Positions 41,536-50,669 of a stretch of DNA of 64,000 bases are shown here, one piece after another (within the stretch, counting starts at the first letter, position 1; each line of letters starts with the position of its first letter). Position numbers and translations under genes: made by a program. The DNA is from Candidatus Dormiibacterota bacterium (GTDB lineage Bacteria; Chloroflexota; Dormibacteria; Aeolococcales; Aeolococcaceae), in the NCBI GenBank assembly GCA_963709585.1, contig CAVPXI010000014.1, positions 64,001 to 128,000 on the forward strand, read 5' to 3'. The notes below the pieces were generated by a model, which was not told the origin of the DNA, made no database searches, and was given only the letters and a program-made list of their open reading frames with translations.

Positions 41536-42141
41536 TCAGCCCACCTGGAGCTCGCCGGCCATGTAGCCGAGGGTCTGCATCGGACCACCGTTGCCGTAGA
41601 GGGTTCCGGCCCCGCAGGGTACGAAGCACTGCCAGCGGAAGAGGCCCTTCTGGTCCGGCACGACGAAGCTGAACTCGACGACGTTCTGAGTCACTTTCCC
41701 GGACACCCCTTCAAGGGGAACGCTGACCCCGAGATCAGGAACCGTAAAGGTGTGAGCCGGGGTCGTCGGGTCGAGCGCCTGGATCACCTTGCCGTTGACG
41801 GTCATCTCGTTGTTGACCGTGCCTCGGACCAAAGAGAAGTACGGGTTGCGCAACCCGGACGGACTGTCCTGCTGGTCGATGGTGATGTGCACCACCGCCC
41901 CGGCCGGCACCTTGAGATACGTGGTCGGCAGGTAGGAGACCCACGCAGGATGTGGTCCGAAGCCGATCGTGCCGACGGTCGTCAGGGTGAAGTTGACGAC
42001 CGTCTTCCCCTGGATCGTCGCCGAGGTGGACGTCGCCGTGATCTGCTCGGGCGTCGGGTTGAGGAAGCGGGTCACGAAGAACCCGACTGCCACCGCCGCC
42101 ACGACCACACCGGCCACGAGGATCCAGAATCTCGATCGCAT
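41536..42141 (-). CDS. membrane-anchored cupredoxin-like protein, first gene of the oxidase operon
   Basis: N-terminal TM helix; KVPAGAVVHITI, HTFTV, FSFVVP..KG.F.WQCFVPCG...GPMQTLGYMAGEL. Confidence 0.7.
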   Translation of the reverse strand: MRSRFWILVAGVVVAAVAVGFFVTRFLNPTPEQITATSTSATIQGKTVVNFTLTTVGTIGFGPHPAWVSYLPTTYLKVPAGAVVHITIDQQDSPSGLRNPYFSLVRGTVNNEMTVNGKVIQALDPTTPAHTFTVPDLGVSVPLEGVSGKVTQNVVEFSFVVPDQKGLFRWQCFVPCGAGTLYGNGGPMQTLGYMAGELQVG

Positions 42142-42365
42142 GGTTGCCTTACCTCTCTGTGTGCACGACTGGGGCAGTGGCGGACACGACGACGTGAATC
42201 AGGAGGGGCACCGGTAGCGTCGCGTGGCAACGGCCACTATGCGGAGCTAGGTCGCTCCGCCAGGCCCGCGACGGCCGAGATGAGATGAATCCGGGCACCA
42301 GTTCTCCACTCAACAGGCTGCCGGCTCGTGCTGAAGGCGACATGATCGCGGTGTTAGAGGGGTTC

Positions 42366-42400
42366 CGTCAAGCCCCTCGTTTGGCGGTGACCTGCGTCAC
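42366..42400 (-). promoter_or_regulatory. CRP/FNR-like box with adjacent -35 hexamer, upstream of the oxidase operon
   Basis: GTGA-CCTGCG-TCAC at 42387-42400; minus-strand TTGACG at 42371-42366. Confidence 0.4.
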
Positions 42401-42509
42401 TCACGTTCGAGGGGCGACCCGGTGAGCGCGCGATCGTATTGCTCGGCAGTTGACCGATCTCGGATGCCGCCGGCGACCACACCAACCCAGGTGCGGAGGG
42501 CACCGTCGG

Positions 42510-43481
42510 TCAGGCGGCATCCTCGGCACTGCGGACGAGACTCAGAGACGCCGGTGCGTTGACGGGCTCGCCCGCCGACGCCGGTATGTTGTCGGGCTCA
42601 CCCGCAATCTCGCGCAGCGTCCGCCCGCTCATCTGCACCCTGACCCAGGCCGCAACCAGTGCGATCACGCTGAGCAGAAGGACGATCCCGATTGCAAGCG
42701 TGGGGACATTGAGGAGCTTGAGACCGGAGACGAGCAGCACGGCGCTGAGCGCACCTCGGATGAACAGCGTCGGGGCATAGGACGAGATGGTCGCTCCGAT
42801 GAGCACCCCAGGAAGACTGCCGATGAGGATCGACGCGGTCAGTCCGAGCTTGAAGTCCCCAAACAGGATGTGGGCGATGGCAGCTGCCCCCACCATGGGG
42901 ATCGCCTGAGCGAGGTCCGTACCCACCATCTGGGATCCGCGCAGGCGCGGATACAGGAAGAGCAGCAGGACGATGACCAGGGTGCCCGACCCGACCGAGG
43001 TGATCCCGACGATGAAGCCGATCGACGCCCCGATCGCCAGCGTCGGGACCCTCTTGACGCGCAGCGCGTCCTCGACCCCACCGGCCTGTCCACTCCTGCG
43101 GTCCAGGTACATCTTGAAACCGAGGGCGGCGACGGCCACGAGCAGGATCGCTCCGAGCGACACGCTGACGATGCTTTGAATTCGAGTCCCGTCGCCGACC
43201 CACTTGAGGAAGGAGACCCCGAGGAAAGCGGCGGGCACCGAGCCGATGGCAAGCCACGCGACCAGACCCCAGCGCACCGTCCCGCGCCCGGCGTGAACAG
43301 CGGCACCGACCGGCTTCATCACCAGGGACGCGACCAGGTCGCTCGCCACGGCCGCGACTGGCTGGACGTGGAACAGCAGGACGAGTACCGGGGTCATGAG
43401 CGCGCCGCCACCCATCCCGGTTAGCCCGACTGCGCATCCGACGATCAGTCCGGCTAGTGCGATGTAAAGGTCGATGTGCAC
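42510..43481 (-). CDS. TauE/SafE family (TSUP) sulfur-compound exporter
   Basis: GLTGMGGGALMTP, AVASDL, GITSVGSGTL, MVGTDLAQA. Confidence 0.92.
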   Translation of the reverse strand: MHIDLYIALAGLIVGCAVGLTGMGGGALMTPVLVLLFHVQPVAAVASDLVASLVMKPVGAAVHAGRGTVRWGLVAWLAIGSVPAAFLGVSFLKWVGDGTRIQSIVSVSLGAILLVAVAALGFKMYLDRRSGQAGGVEDALRVKRVPTLAIGASIGFIVGITSVGSGTLVIVLLLFLYPRLRGSQMVGTDLAQAIPMVGAAAIAHILFGDFKLGLTASILIGSLPGVLIGATISSYAPTLFIRGALSAVLLVSGLKLLNVPTLAIGIVLLLSVIALVAAWVRVQMSGRTLREIAGEPDNIPASAGEPVNAPASLSLVRSAEDAA

Positions 43482-43984
43482 CGCGTGATCCCCTTCTCAG
43501 CCCCTCGCGTCCCGTTTGACGCCGATACCCAACCTTGCCGTATCTGTGGACCTGGCGTCAACGAGTTTGATGGGATCAAATCCATCTCATAATGCGAACG
43601 CTGCGGCATCCAGTGTCCGGTGGATCCGCGCCTCGAGCGACGATGGCGCGGGACCTGCCGCCCACGCGCGCTGGGCGGGCGGCGAGGTCTCGCTAACCGG
43701 TCGGTCAGAACCCCCTTCCGCTCAGGCCCTCGGACCTGGGCTTCACCCGTTCTCCTGGCTCTTTCCCCCGGTGCACAAACATTACTCCAAATGCGTCGAA
43801 AGCGTTAGACGCTCTCACCCGAGGCTGGGTCCCGGGCATCCTCCACGGGGCCGGCCCCGTGCGTGCTCTCCGGCGACCGTTATCGGTCGTTAACCAACGC
43901 GATACCCGACCATAACGCGACGTTTCCTACGCTCACGGCGGGTCTGGATCTCCAAATCCAGCGGACTAAGGAGGAAACGCGGGG

Positions 43985-45118
43985 ATGAACATCGAACTGC
44001 ATCGTCGTGCGCGCTTGCGTGCTCTCGCACACGCGAACGATGGGATACGCAACGCCCCACGACAGGCTGTGTCGTTGGGCGCGACGGCAGTGCTCTTCGC
44101 CGGGGCACTCGCCGCGTGCGGTGGCACCCCGGCTGTCGCGGGTGGAGCGACCGCGACCGCGATCGTGCCCCTGGTCGTCTACTCGGCGCAGGGGTACGAC
44201 AGCGTCATGACCAAGGCATTCCAGAAGGCCACCGGCATCCCCGTCAAGCTCGACGACGACAGCACTGGCCCACTGCTCGCCAAGGTGGCCGCCGAAAGCA
44301 ACAATCCCCAGTGGGGACTGCTCTGGGTCGACGGCGACACGGCGTTTGCCTCGCTCGACAAGCAGGGACAGCTGCTCGACTATGCTCCGCCGGTCACGCT
44401 GACCTCGGTCGCACAATCCCTGGTGCCCGCCGACCACTCGTACATTCCGGCCAGCACGACGGTGATGGCCGCGGTGATCTACAACGCCGCCAAGGTCTCG
44501 GCGGTGCCGGCGACATACCAGGATCTTCTCCAATCGCAGTACAAGGGTCGAGTTGGCATGAACGATCCGTCCCAGTCGGGGCCGACGTTCCCGTTCATCG
44601 CCGGCCTCATGGACCAGTTCGGGGGCACCGCTAACGGGGTGGCGGCCGGGGAGTCGTACCTCACCAAGCTGAAGGCGAACGGCCTGCAGGTCTTCCCGAC
44701 CAACGGCGACACACTCCACGCGCTCGAGACCGGGGTGATCGATTACGGGATGATCCAGAGCTCCGCCGCGACGGGCGAGGTGATCAAGGCCACGAAGAGC
44801 GCGACGTTCGACCCGAAGGTCGTGTACCTTCCAAATTCAACGCTGTTGCCGGCGGTGATCGGCATTGACAAGAAGGCTCCGGCAGCCGAGCGATCCGAGG
44901 CTCAGCGGTTCGTGCAGTTCGTGCTGTCTGCCGCGGGCCAGGCGATCATGCAGACGGGTGATCCGTCGGGAGACTCGCTGTTCTGGCCGATCGTGCCCGG
45001 GGTGACCACGCTCCCCGCACTCCCGCCATTCCCTGCCAATTACCAGAAGCTCGATCCCTATTTCTGGGGCCCGTTGGAGGGCCAGGTGAACTCCTGGTTC
45101 GACCTGAACATCAAGTAG
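43985..45118 (+). CDS. ABC substrate-binding lipoprotein, AfuA/FbpA/PhnS-like (substrate uncertain)
   Basis: RBS AGGAGG, lipobox LAAC, VYSAQGYD, GMNDPSQSG, AQRFVQFVLSAAGQ. Confidence 0.85.
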   Translation: MNIELHRRARLRALAHANDGIRNAPRQAVSLGATAVLFAGALAACGGTPAVAGGATATAIVPLVVYSAQGYDSVMTKAFQKATGIPVKLDDDSTGPLLAKVAAESNNPQWGLLWVDGDTAFASLDKQGQLLDYAPPVTLTSVAQSLVPADHSYIPASTTVMAAVIYNAAKVSAVPATYQDLLQSQYKGRVGMNDPSQSGPTFPFIAGLMDQFGGTANGVAAGESYLTKLKANGLQVFPTNGDTLHALETGVIDYGMIQSSAATGEVIKATKSATFDPKVVYLPNSTLLPAVIGIDKKAPAAERSEAQRFVQFVLSAAGQAIMQTGDPSGDSLFWPIVPGVTTLPALPPFPANYQKLDPYFWGPLEGQVNSWFDLNIK

Positions 45119-45127
45119 GAACCGACA

Positions 45128-46900
45128 TTGGCCGGTACCCTCACCAGCTCTCCGCCGATCGTGGCGGAGAGCCGCGGGGACAGGAGGCGGTTGGCGCTGT
45201 CTCGGTTCAGCGGCGCTCCATTGCTCGTCTTCTGGCTGCTCGTCGCGGCAATTCTCGCAGTGCCGGTCCTCCTCTTTCTCGCGGTCGCATTCTCACCCCG
45301 GCTGTTCGATCAGGGGCCTGAGTGGTTCACGCTATCCGGCTTCGGGCAAGCGTTCTCGGGCCCGCTCCTCCAGGGCGTCGCCGACTCCGTCTTCGTCGGC
45401 GTGTGCAGCGCGATCGCCGCAGCGGCGATCGGTTTCGTCGTGGCCTGGCTTGTGGTTCGAACCGACCTCCCCGGACGGCGGCTGTGGACCGGGGTCATGT
45501 TTGCGCTCCTGCTGGCGCCGTCTTACCTGGTCGCACTCGGGTGGGAACGCCTGCTCGAGCCGATGGGCGTGCTCGACGTCGCGGGGGTGCACCCCGGCGG
45601 ATTCCGAACCCTCTTCTACGGTCCCTTCGGGGTGATCGTGGTCCTGACCGCGAAGGGATTGCCCTTTGCTTTCCTCGCCATCTCCGCGGCGCTGCGCGGG
45701 CTCGGCGAAGAGTTCGAGGCGGCAGTGCGCGTGCACGGCGGCGGTCCGCTCGCCGCACTCCGGGTGGTCGTGGCGCTGATCTCGCCCGCGGTGTGGTCGG
45801 CACTCGCCATCGTCTTCGCCGAATCCGTGAGCGATTTCGGCGTGGCCGACACACTCGCCAATGACGCTCACTTTCCCGTTGCCACGTACTCGCTCTACAA
45901 CGCGGTGCAGGCGTTTCCCATCCAGTTCTCAGTGGCGGCCGCCGTCGGTTGGGTGTTGCTGGGACTGGTCGCGCTTGCGCTTCTCGCGCAGGGCTGGGCT
46001 CTCCGAAGCCGGAGTTATCGAGTGTTCGGGGGCAGAAGCCGGCCGGCCCGTCGACTCCATCTCTCCGGGTTCGCGAAACTCGGGGCGCTCACCGGCATGC
46101 TGGCGGTCCTCGTGATCGGCATCGGCGTCCCCGCATTCGGAGCGGTGTCGGCATCACTCATCAACGGACTCGGCTCGCTCATCACCAGTCACGGGTTGAC
46201 ACTGGCCAACTACAGTCGGGTGCTCAGCAGCCCGGATCTGCGCGATCCGCTCATCTACTCAGGGCAGCTCGCCCTCATCACCGCGACAGTGACCATTGTC
46301 CTGGCCGTGGTGGCGGCGCGCGTGATGTCGCGCCGCGGGACTCACGTGAGCGCGCGATTGCTCGACATGACGCTGCTCACCGCCGTCGCGCTGCCCGGCA
46401 TCGTGTTCGCGGCAGGCTACATCTTCACCTTCAACCTGCCCGTGCTCACCCAGTTCGGCATTCAGCTCTACGAAACCACTGGACTGCTGGTCGTCGGCTA
46501 CATCGCCACCGCGCTGCCGGCGACATCCAGAAGTCCTGCTGGGCAGCGTCAGCCAGATCCAGGAATCGCTCGCCGAAGCAGGGCGCGTGCACGGGAGCGG
46601 TGTGCTCGGCGCGTGGATACGCACGGTGCTCCCGGTGCTTGCGCGGCCGTTGCTCGCCGCGTGGTTGCTCGTCTTCGGTGCGACGCTCCTCGAGCTTCCG
46701 ATGTCGCAGCTGCTCTATCCCCCAGGCCAGCCACCCGTGTCCGTGGCGATCACCAAGGCGCTCGCCAACTACGACTTCGCCGGCGGCACCGCAATGGAGG
46801 TGGTCGCCGTGCTCGGCGCACTGGTCATCGTCGCACTGGTCTGGACTTCTTCCGACTGCTCGCGCCGGCGGGGTGGCGGCGCATCGGATCGACGACATGA
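45128..46900 (+). CDS. FbpB/AfuB-type double-domain ABC permease with compensating frameshifts at ~46531 and ~46845
   Basis: LPFAFL...EFEAAVRVHGG, SDFG. The second EAA loop (SLAEAGRVHGSG...LLELP) lies in the alternate frame between the two shifts. Confidence 0.85.
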   Translation: MAGTLTSSPPIVAESRGDRRRLALSRFSGAPLLVFWLLVAAILAVPVLLFLAVAFSPRLFDQGPEWFTLSGFGQAFSGPLLQGVADSVFVGVCSAIAAAAIGFVVAWLVVRTDLPGRRLWTGVMFALLLAPSYLVALGWERLLEPMGVLDVAGVHPGGFRTLFYGPFGVIVVLTAKGLPFAFLAISAALRGLGEEFEAAVRVHGGGPLAALRVVVALISPAVWSALAIVFAESVSDFGVADTLANDAHFPVATYSLYNAVQAFPIQFSVAAAVGWVLLGLVALALLAQGWALRSRSYRVFGGRSRPARRLHLSGFAKLGALTGMLAVLVIGIGVPAFGAVSASLINGLGSLITSHGLTLANYSRVLSSPDLRDPLIYSGQLALITATVTIVLAVVAARVMSRRGTHVSARLLDMTLLTAVALPGIVFAAGYIFTFNLPVLTQFGIQLYETTGLLVVGYIATALPATSRSPAGQRQPDPGIARRSRARARERCARRVDTHGAPGACAAVARRVVARLRCDAPRASDVAAALSPRPATRVRGDHQGARQLRLRRRHRNGGGRRARRTGHRRTGLDFFRLLAPAGWRRIGSTT

Positions 46901-48027
46901 CGCAAGCGTCCCTCCCGGAGATCTCTCCGGCGGGTCATCACGTCGAAATCAGCGGTGCAGTCAAGCACTACGGCCGGGCACGCGGGCTCGTCGGTGTCGA
47001 CCTCGTCATTCGACCGGGTCGCTTCCTCGTGCTGCTCGGACCGTCCGGCTCCGGCAAGACAACCCTCGCGCGCTGCCTGGCGGGAGTTGAGCGCCTTGAC
47101 GGCGGCGTCATCCGTCTCAGCGACCGGGTGGTGAGCGACGGGCGGCGGCATCTCCCGCCGGAACGCCGGAATCTGGCCATGGTGTTCCAGGACTATGCGT
47201 TGTGGCCACACCTGACCGTGCACGGCAACGTCAGCTATGCGCTCCGCCGACGTCACCTCGCACATGCCGAATCCCGCCGGCGAGTGCTGGACGCGCTGGA
47301 TCAGGTCGGCCTCGCCCCCTTCGCCGATCGATACCCTCACCAGCTCTCGGGCGGAGAGCAGCAGCGCGTGGCACTCGCGCGCGCAGTGGTGGCCCGTCCC
47401 GGGCTGCTGCTCTTTGACGAGCCGCTGTCCAACCTGGACGCGGATCTCCGAGAACGGCTCCGCGTGCAGATCGCGACCATCGCACGGGACAGCGGGGCCA
47501 CGGTCGTGTACATCACCCACGACCAATCGGAGGCCTTCGCGCTCGCCGACGAGGTGGCGGTGCTCGACGGCGGTCAACTCGTGCAGCTGGGCCCACCGGA
47601 GCAGATCTATCGCCAGCCCGTGAACCTCTTCGTCGCTCGCTTCACCGGATCGGCGGGAGAGTTTCCCGGTCGGGTGATCCGGGTCAGCGACGGCCATGTC
47701 GATGTCGCGGTCGGTGACGCGGCCACGCTGCGCGCTCGCCAGGGTGGAGACGTGACCGCCGGCGCCGAGGTCCGGGTCCTGGTCCGCCCCGCGGCCACCC
47801 GCGTGGTCGTCGAGACGACCGGCTCAGGCGCATCACTCACCGGCACGGTGGTGGACGTCGCTTACCGGGGCAGAGGGTACGATCACTTGGTCGCCTGCGC
47901 CGGGGGAACACTCTCTTCGGTCTTCGATCCGAACCGGTGGCCGCGCGGCGCCGAGCTCACGATCCAAATCGACCCGGACGGGTGCGTCGCCTATCCGGAC
48001 AAGGCGAGCGGATCGAACCTGAACTGA
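46897..48027 (+). CDS. ABC transporter ATP-binding protein (FbpC/AfuC type)
   Basis: GPSGSGKTT, FQDYALWPHL, LSGGEQQR, DEPLSNLD, TOBE domain; ATGA overlap with the permease. Confidence 0.93.
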   Translation: MTQASLPEISPAGHHVEISGAVKHYGRARGLVGVDLVIRPGRFLVLLGPSGSGKTTLARCLAGVERLDGGVIRLSDRVVSDGRRHLPPERRNLAMVFQDYALWPHLTVHGNVSYALRRRHLAHAESRRRVLDALDQVGLAPFADRYPHQLSGGEQQRVALARAVVARPGLLLFDEPLSNLDADLRERLRVQIATIARDSGATVVYITHDQSEAFALADEVAVLDGGQLVQLGPPEQIYRQPVNLFVARFTGSAGEFPGRVIRVSDGHVDVAVGDAATLRARQGGDVTAGAEVRVLVRPAATRVVVETTGSGASLTGTVVDVAYRGRGYDHLVACAGGTLSSVFDPNRWPRGAELTIQIDPDGCVAYPDKASGSNLN

Positions 48028-48052
48028 TGGCAGCTGGAGGTATCAATCGCCG

Positions 48053-49099
48053 ATGAGCATTCTCGTGATTCTTGCGACGTTCCTGGCCGCGGGTGTCGAA
48101 TGGGTGGAGGCGCTCACCATCGTCCTCGCGGTGGGCCTGGTCAGAGGCTGGAGAAGCGCGTTCACCGGCACCATCGCGGCGGTGGTTGCGCTGGTCGCAC
48201 TCGTGGCCGCGTTCGGGCTGGCCATAACGTCGCACATCTCCATCGACGCGGCTCGAACCATGGTCGGTGTTTTCCTCCTGCTGTTCGGCCTCAAATGGCT
48301 GCACAAGGCAGTGCTTCGGTCGAGCGGCCTCAAGTCGCTGCACGACGAGGCCAAGATCTTCGCGGAGACGGAGGTGATGCTGCGTGCCTCGAGCGGACGC
48401 AAGGTCGCTCTCGATCGTGTCGGCGTGAGCACGTCATTCAGCGGGGTCTTTCTCGAGGGGCTCGAGGTGGTGTTCATCGTCGTCGCCCTGGGAGGACTTC
48501 AGGACGTGTCGTCGGCGGTCGTGGGCGCCGTCGCATCGCTGGTGGTGGTCGCGGGCGCCGGGTTCGCGCTCCGGCATCCATTGACCCAGGTGCCGGAAAA
48601 CGCCATGAAGTACGTGGTCGGCATCATGCTCACGTCGTTCGGGACCTTCTTCGCTGGCGAGGGCATCGGGGTGCAGTGGTGGGGCAGCGACCTGAGCCTG
48701 CTCCCGCTCATAGCCGGTTACGCGGCAGTGTCGCTGCTCTTCGTATGGCTGCTGCGGCGACCGGCTGGCGTCAGCGGCCGCCTCGACACCGGAGTGGTTC
48801 ACGCTCTCGGTGCCGCGGTCCGCGAGGTGTGGGGGCTGTTCGTCGAGGACGGAGCGGTCGCGATCGTGGCCATCGTGGTGCTGCTCGGCGCGACGGTCTT
48901 CACGCAGCACTTCCCCGCACAGCGTGCCCTGGCAGGCCTTCTCCTCGCGGTCGGGATCGCAGGCGCTGCCGGGGCGGGGCTGTCAGAGGCTCGCAAGCAC
49001 AGTCGCGCGGTCAAACGCGTGGACGCTGCGGCAGCGCAGAACCCTGCGCCCGCACGCGTGCGTCCCGAGCGGATCGCCGACGAGGCGCCGGCCGGGTAG
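48053..49099 (+). CDS. COG4280/FTR1-like membrane protein with a C-terminal membrane extension
   Basis: Two ExxE motifs (VEWVEALTIV, FLEGLEVVFIV), FGLKWLHKAVLR, VPENAMKY. Confidence 0.75.
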   Translation: MSILVILATFLAAGVEWVEALTIVLAVGLVRGWRSAFTGTIAAVVALVALVAAFGLAITSHISIDAARTMVGVFLLLFGLKWLHKAVLRSSGLKSLHDEAKIFAETEVMLRASSGRKVALDRVGVSTSFSGVFLEGLEVVFIVVALGGLQDVSSAVVGAVASLVVVAGAGFALRHPLTQVPENAMKYVVGIMLTSFGTFFAGEGIGVQWWGSDLSLLPLIAGYAAVSLLFVWLLRRPAGVSGRLDTGVVHALGAAVREVWGLFVEDGAVAIVAIVVLLGATVFTQHFPAQRALAGLLLAVGIAGAAGAGLSEARKHSRAVKRVDAAAAQNPAPARVRPERIADEAPAG

Positions 49100-49101
49100 C
49101 G

Positions 49102-50499
49102 TCAGTTGCGGCCGAGGTCGAACGGACGCAGGAATCGCGTGGGCTGAAAGGCGATGTACGCGGCGGGCGCGATGTTGTAGGTCGGCCCGAGCGCGGTTGC
49201 CGCGGCCTCGAGGTTCGCAGCGCTCGTGCTGTCGCCCCAGGCGCCGGTGTTCACTCGGTGGATCAAAGCCTGGAATGCCGCGATCGTCTCCGCCGGAGTG
49301 AACGTGCAATGGCCGGCGCGATGCACGTATCCCTCGCGCAGCATCGCGCCGTCGGCCGCGTCCTGCGCGACGTTGCGATACGCCTGCTCATCCTGGTTGA
49401 CCACAAGACCGTCGCCGGTGGTGTGCAGGGTGAGCACCGGGAGGTCGAGATCGCCGTTGTAGACGATGTACCTGGTGAGGTACTTGACCGCCCCCGGATC
49501 GGCGGCGATCGGCGCTGAGGCCTGGATCGTCGCCAGGTCAGCGCTCAGGCTCAGACCTGCCGAGGTGTAGAGCGCCTGGACCTCGGCAAGATCAGAGGAC
49601 AGTGCGAGCTGCGCGGTGAAGTTGACACCGGTGGTCCATGAGACGTTGCCGCCTGCTCGCGCCTCGAGCTCTGCCCTGAGCGCGAATGCAAATGGTCCGT
49701 CGACCTGGGTCTGCCACAGGAACTGATTCGCCTCCTGGGAGGCGTAGTCGGTCGACGCCGGCTCGGGACTCGCCGGATTGAACCAACCGGGGACATCGGC
49801 GAGCGCGCTCGCCAGCGCGATACGAGCTCTGCCCTGCGCGGTCCCCTGGGCGGTCGTCAGCAAGGTCTCGGCGATCCCGAGGTTGGTGCTGGGGCTGGTG
49901 ATGTTGACCACCTGGAGACCCGAGGTGGGTCCGAGGAGCTGTTGTACGGCGACCGCCGAGTCGAGGCCCTGGTTCCACGTGCCCACGCCCCCGGCGAGGA
50001 CGCCGCACATCGGCAGCGCCGCGGTGAACCGCTGCGGAGCGACCTGGACGAGCGCGGCGGTGATCATCCCGCCGAGTGAGTGCCCCCAGGCGATCGTCCG
50101 AGCCGGCACGCCGACGCGCCGGTCGAAGGTGTTCAGCGTCGCGAGCTGGTCGGGTATCGCCTGCTGGAGCGCCCAGCCGGTCGTGGCATACGAGGATCCG
50201 GCGAGGGCGTAGCCGTTGCTGAGGAGCCACCCGCCGGTCAGGGGATCGCCGACGTCGGTCGCGGGGTTCGGGCTCCCCGGAGTCACGTAACCGTGGCTGT
50301 AGAGGACGAGGGTGCCGTTCCAGCTTGCCGGGACCTGGATCAAGTAGGTCGCGCCGTCGTGGAGGGTGCCGGTGATCGTGGTGGGTCCGCCGGCGAACGC
50401 GGAAGAGGGCCCCGCGCCGATCGCAGCTGTCCCGATGCCGAGGGCCACAGCACTCACGACTGCGATGCGACGGCGGCTTGTCATTTGACTGCGACGCAT
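49102..50499 (-). CDS. secreted alpha/beta hydrolase
   Basis: Signal peptide, WNGTLVLYSHGY, nucleophile elbow GHSLGG, acid HTTGDGLV, His RAGHCTF. Confidence 0.82.
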   Translation of the reverse strand: MRRSQMTSRRRIAVVSAVALGIGTAAIGAGPSSAFAGGPTTITGTLHDGATYLIQVPASWNGTLVLYSHGYVTPGSPNPATDVGDPLTGGWLLSNGYALAGSSYATTGWALQQAIPDQLATLNTFDRRVGVPARTIAWGHSLGGMITAALVQVAPQRFTAALPMCGVLAGGVGTWNQGLDSAVAVQQLLGPTSGLQVVNITSPSTNLGIAETLLTTAQGTAQGRARIALASALADVPGWFNPASPEPASTDYASQEANQFLWQTQVDGPFAFALRAELEARAGGNVSWTTGVNFTAQLALSSDLAEVQALYTSAGLSLSADLATIQASAPIAADPGAVKYLTRYIVYNGDLDLPVLTLHTTGDGLVVNQDEQAYRNVAQDAADGAMLREGYVHRAGHCTFTPAETIAAFQALIHRVNTGAWGDSTSAANLEAAATALGPTYNIAPAAYIAFQPTRFLRPFDLGRN

Positions 50500-50669
50500 G
50501 TTTCACCCCCCGCTGTGGATCCCGAAGGCTGTCAGGGCGCCTGACGCTACTCCGCGCGCACAGCGTCGGTCAAGGTGCTCGACACATCGCATGACTTCGC
50601 CACCCTTCGCAGCGAGAACCGTAACCGCTCGTTCGGCACCGACCATGCGAGGAGCGCAGCGTCAAGAGC

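Noticed and set aside
45949-46896. Long N-terminal extension of the ABC ATPase (692-aa ORF)
   Set aside because: It overlaps the permease out of frame; the real start is ATG 46897, coupled to the permease stop.
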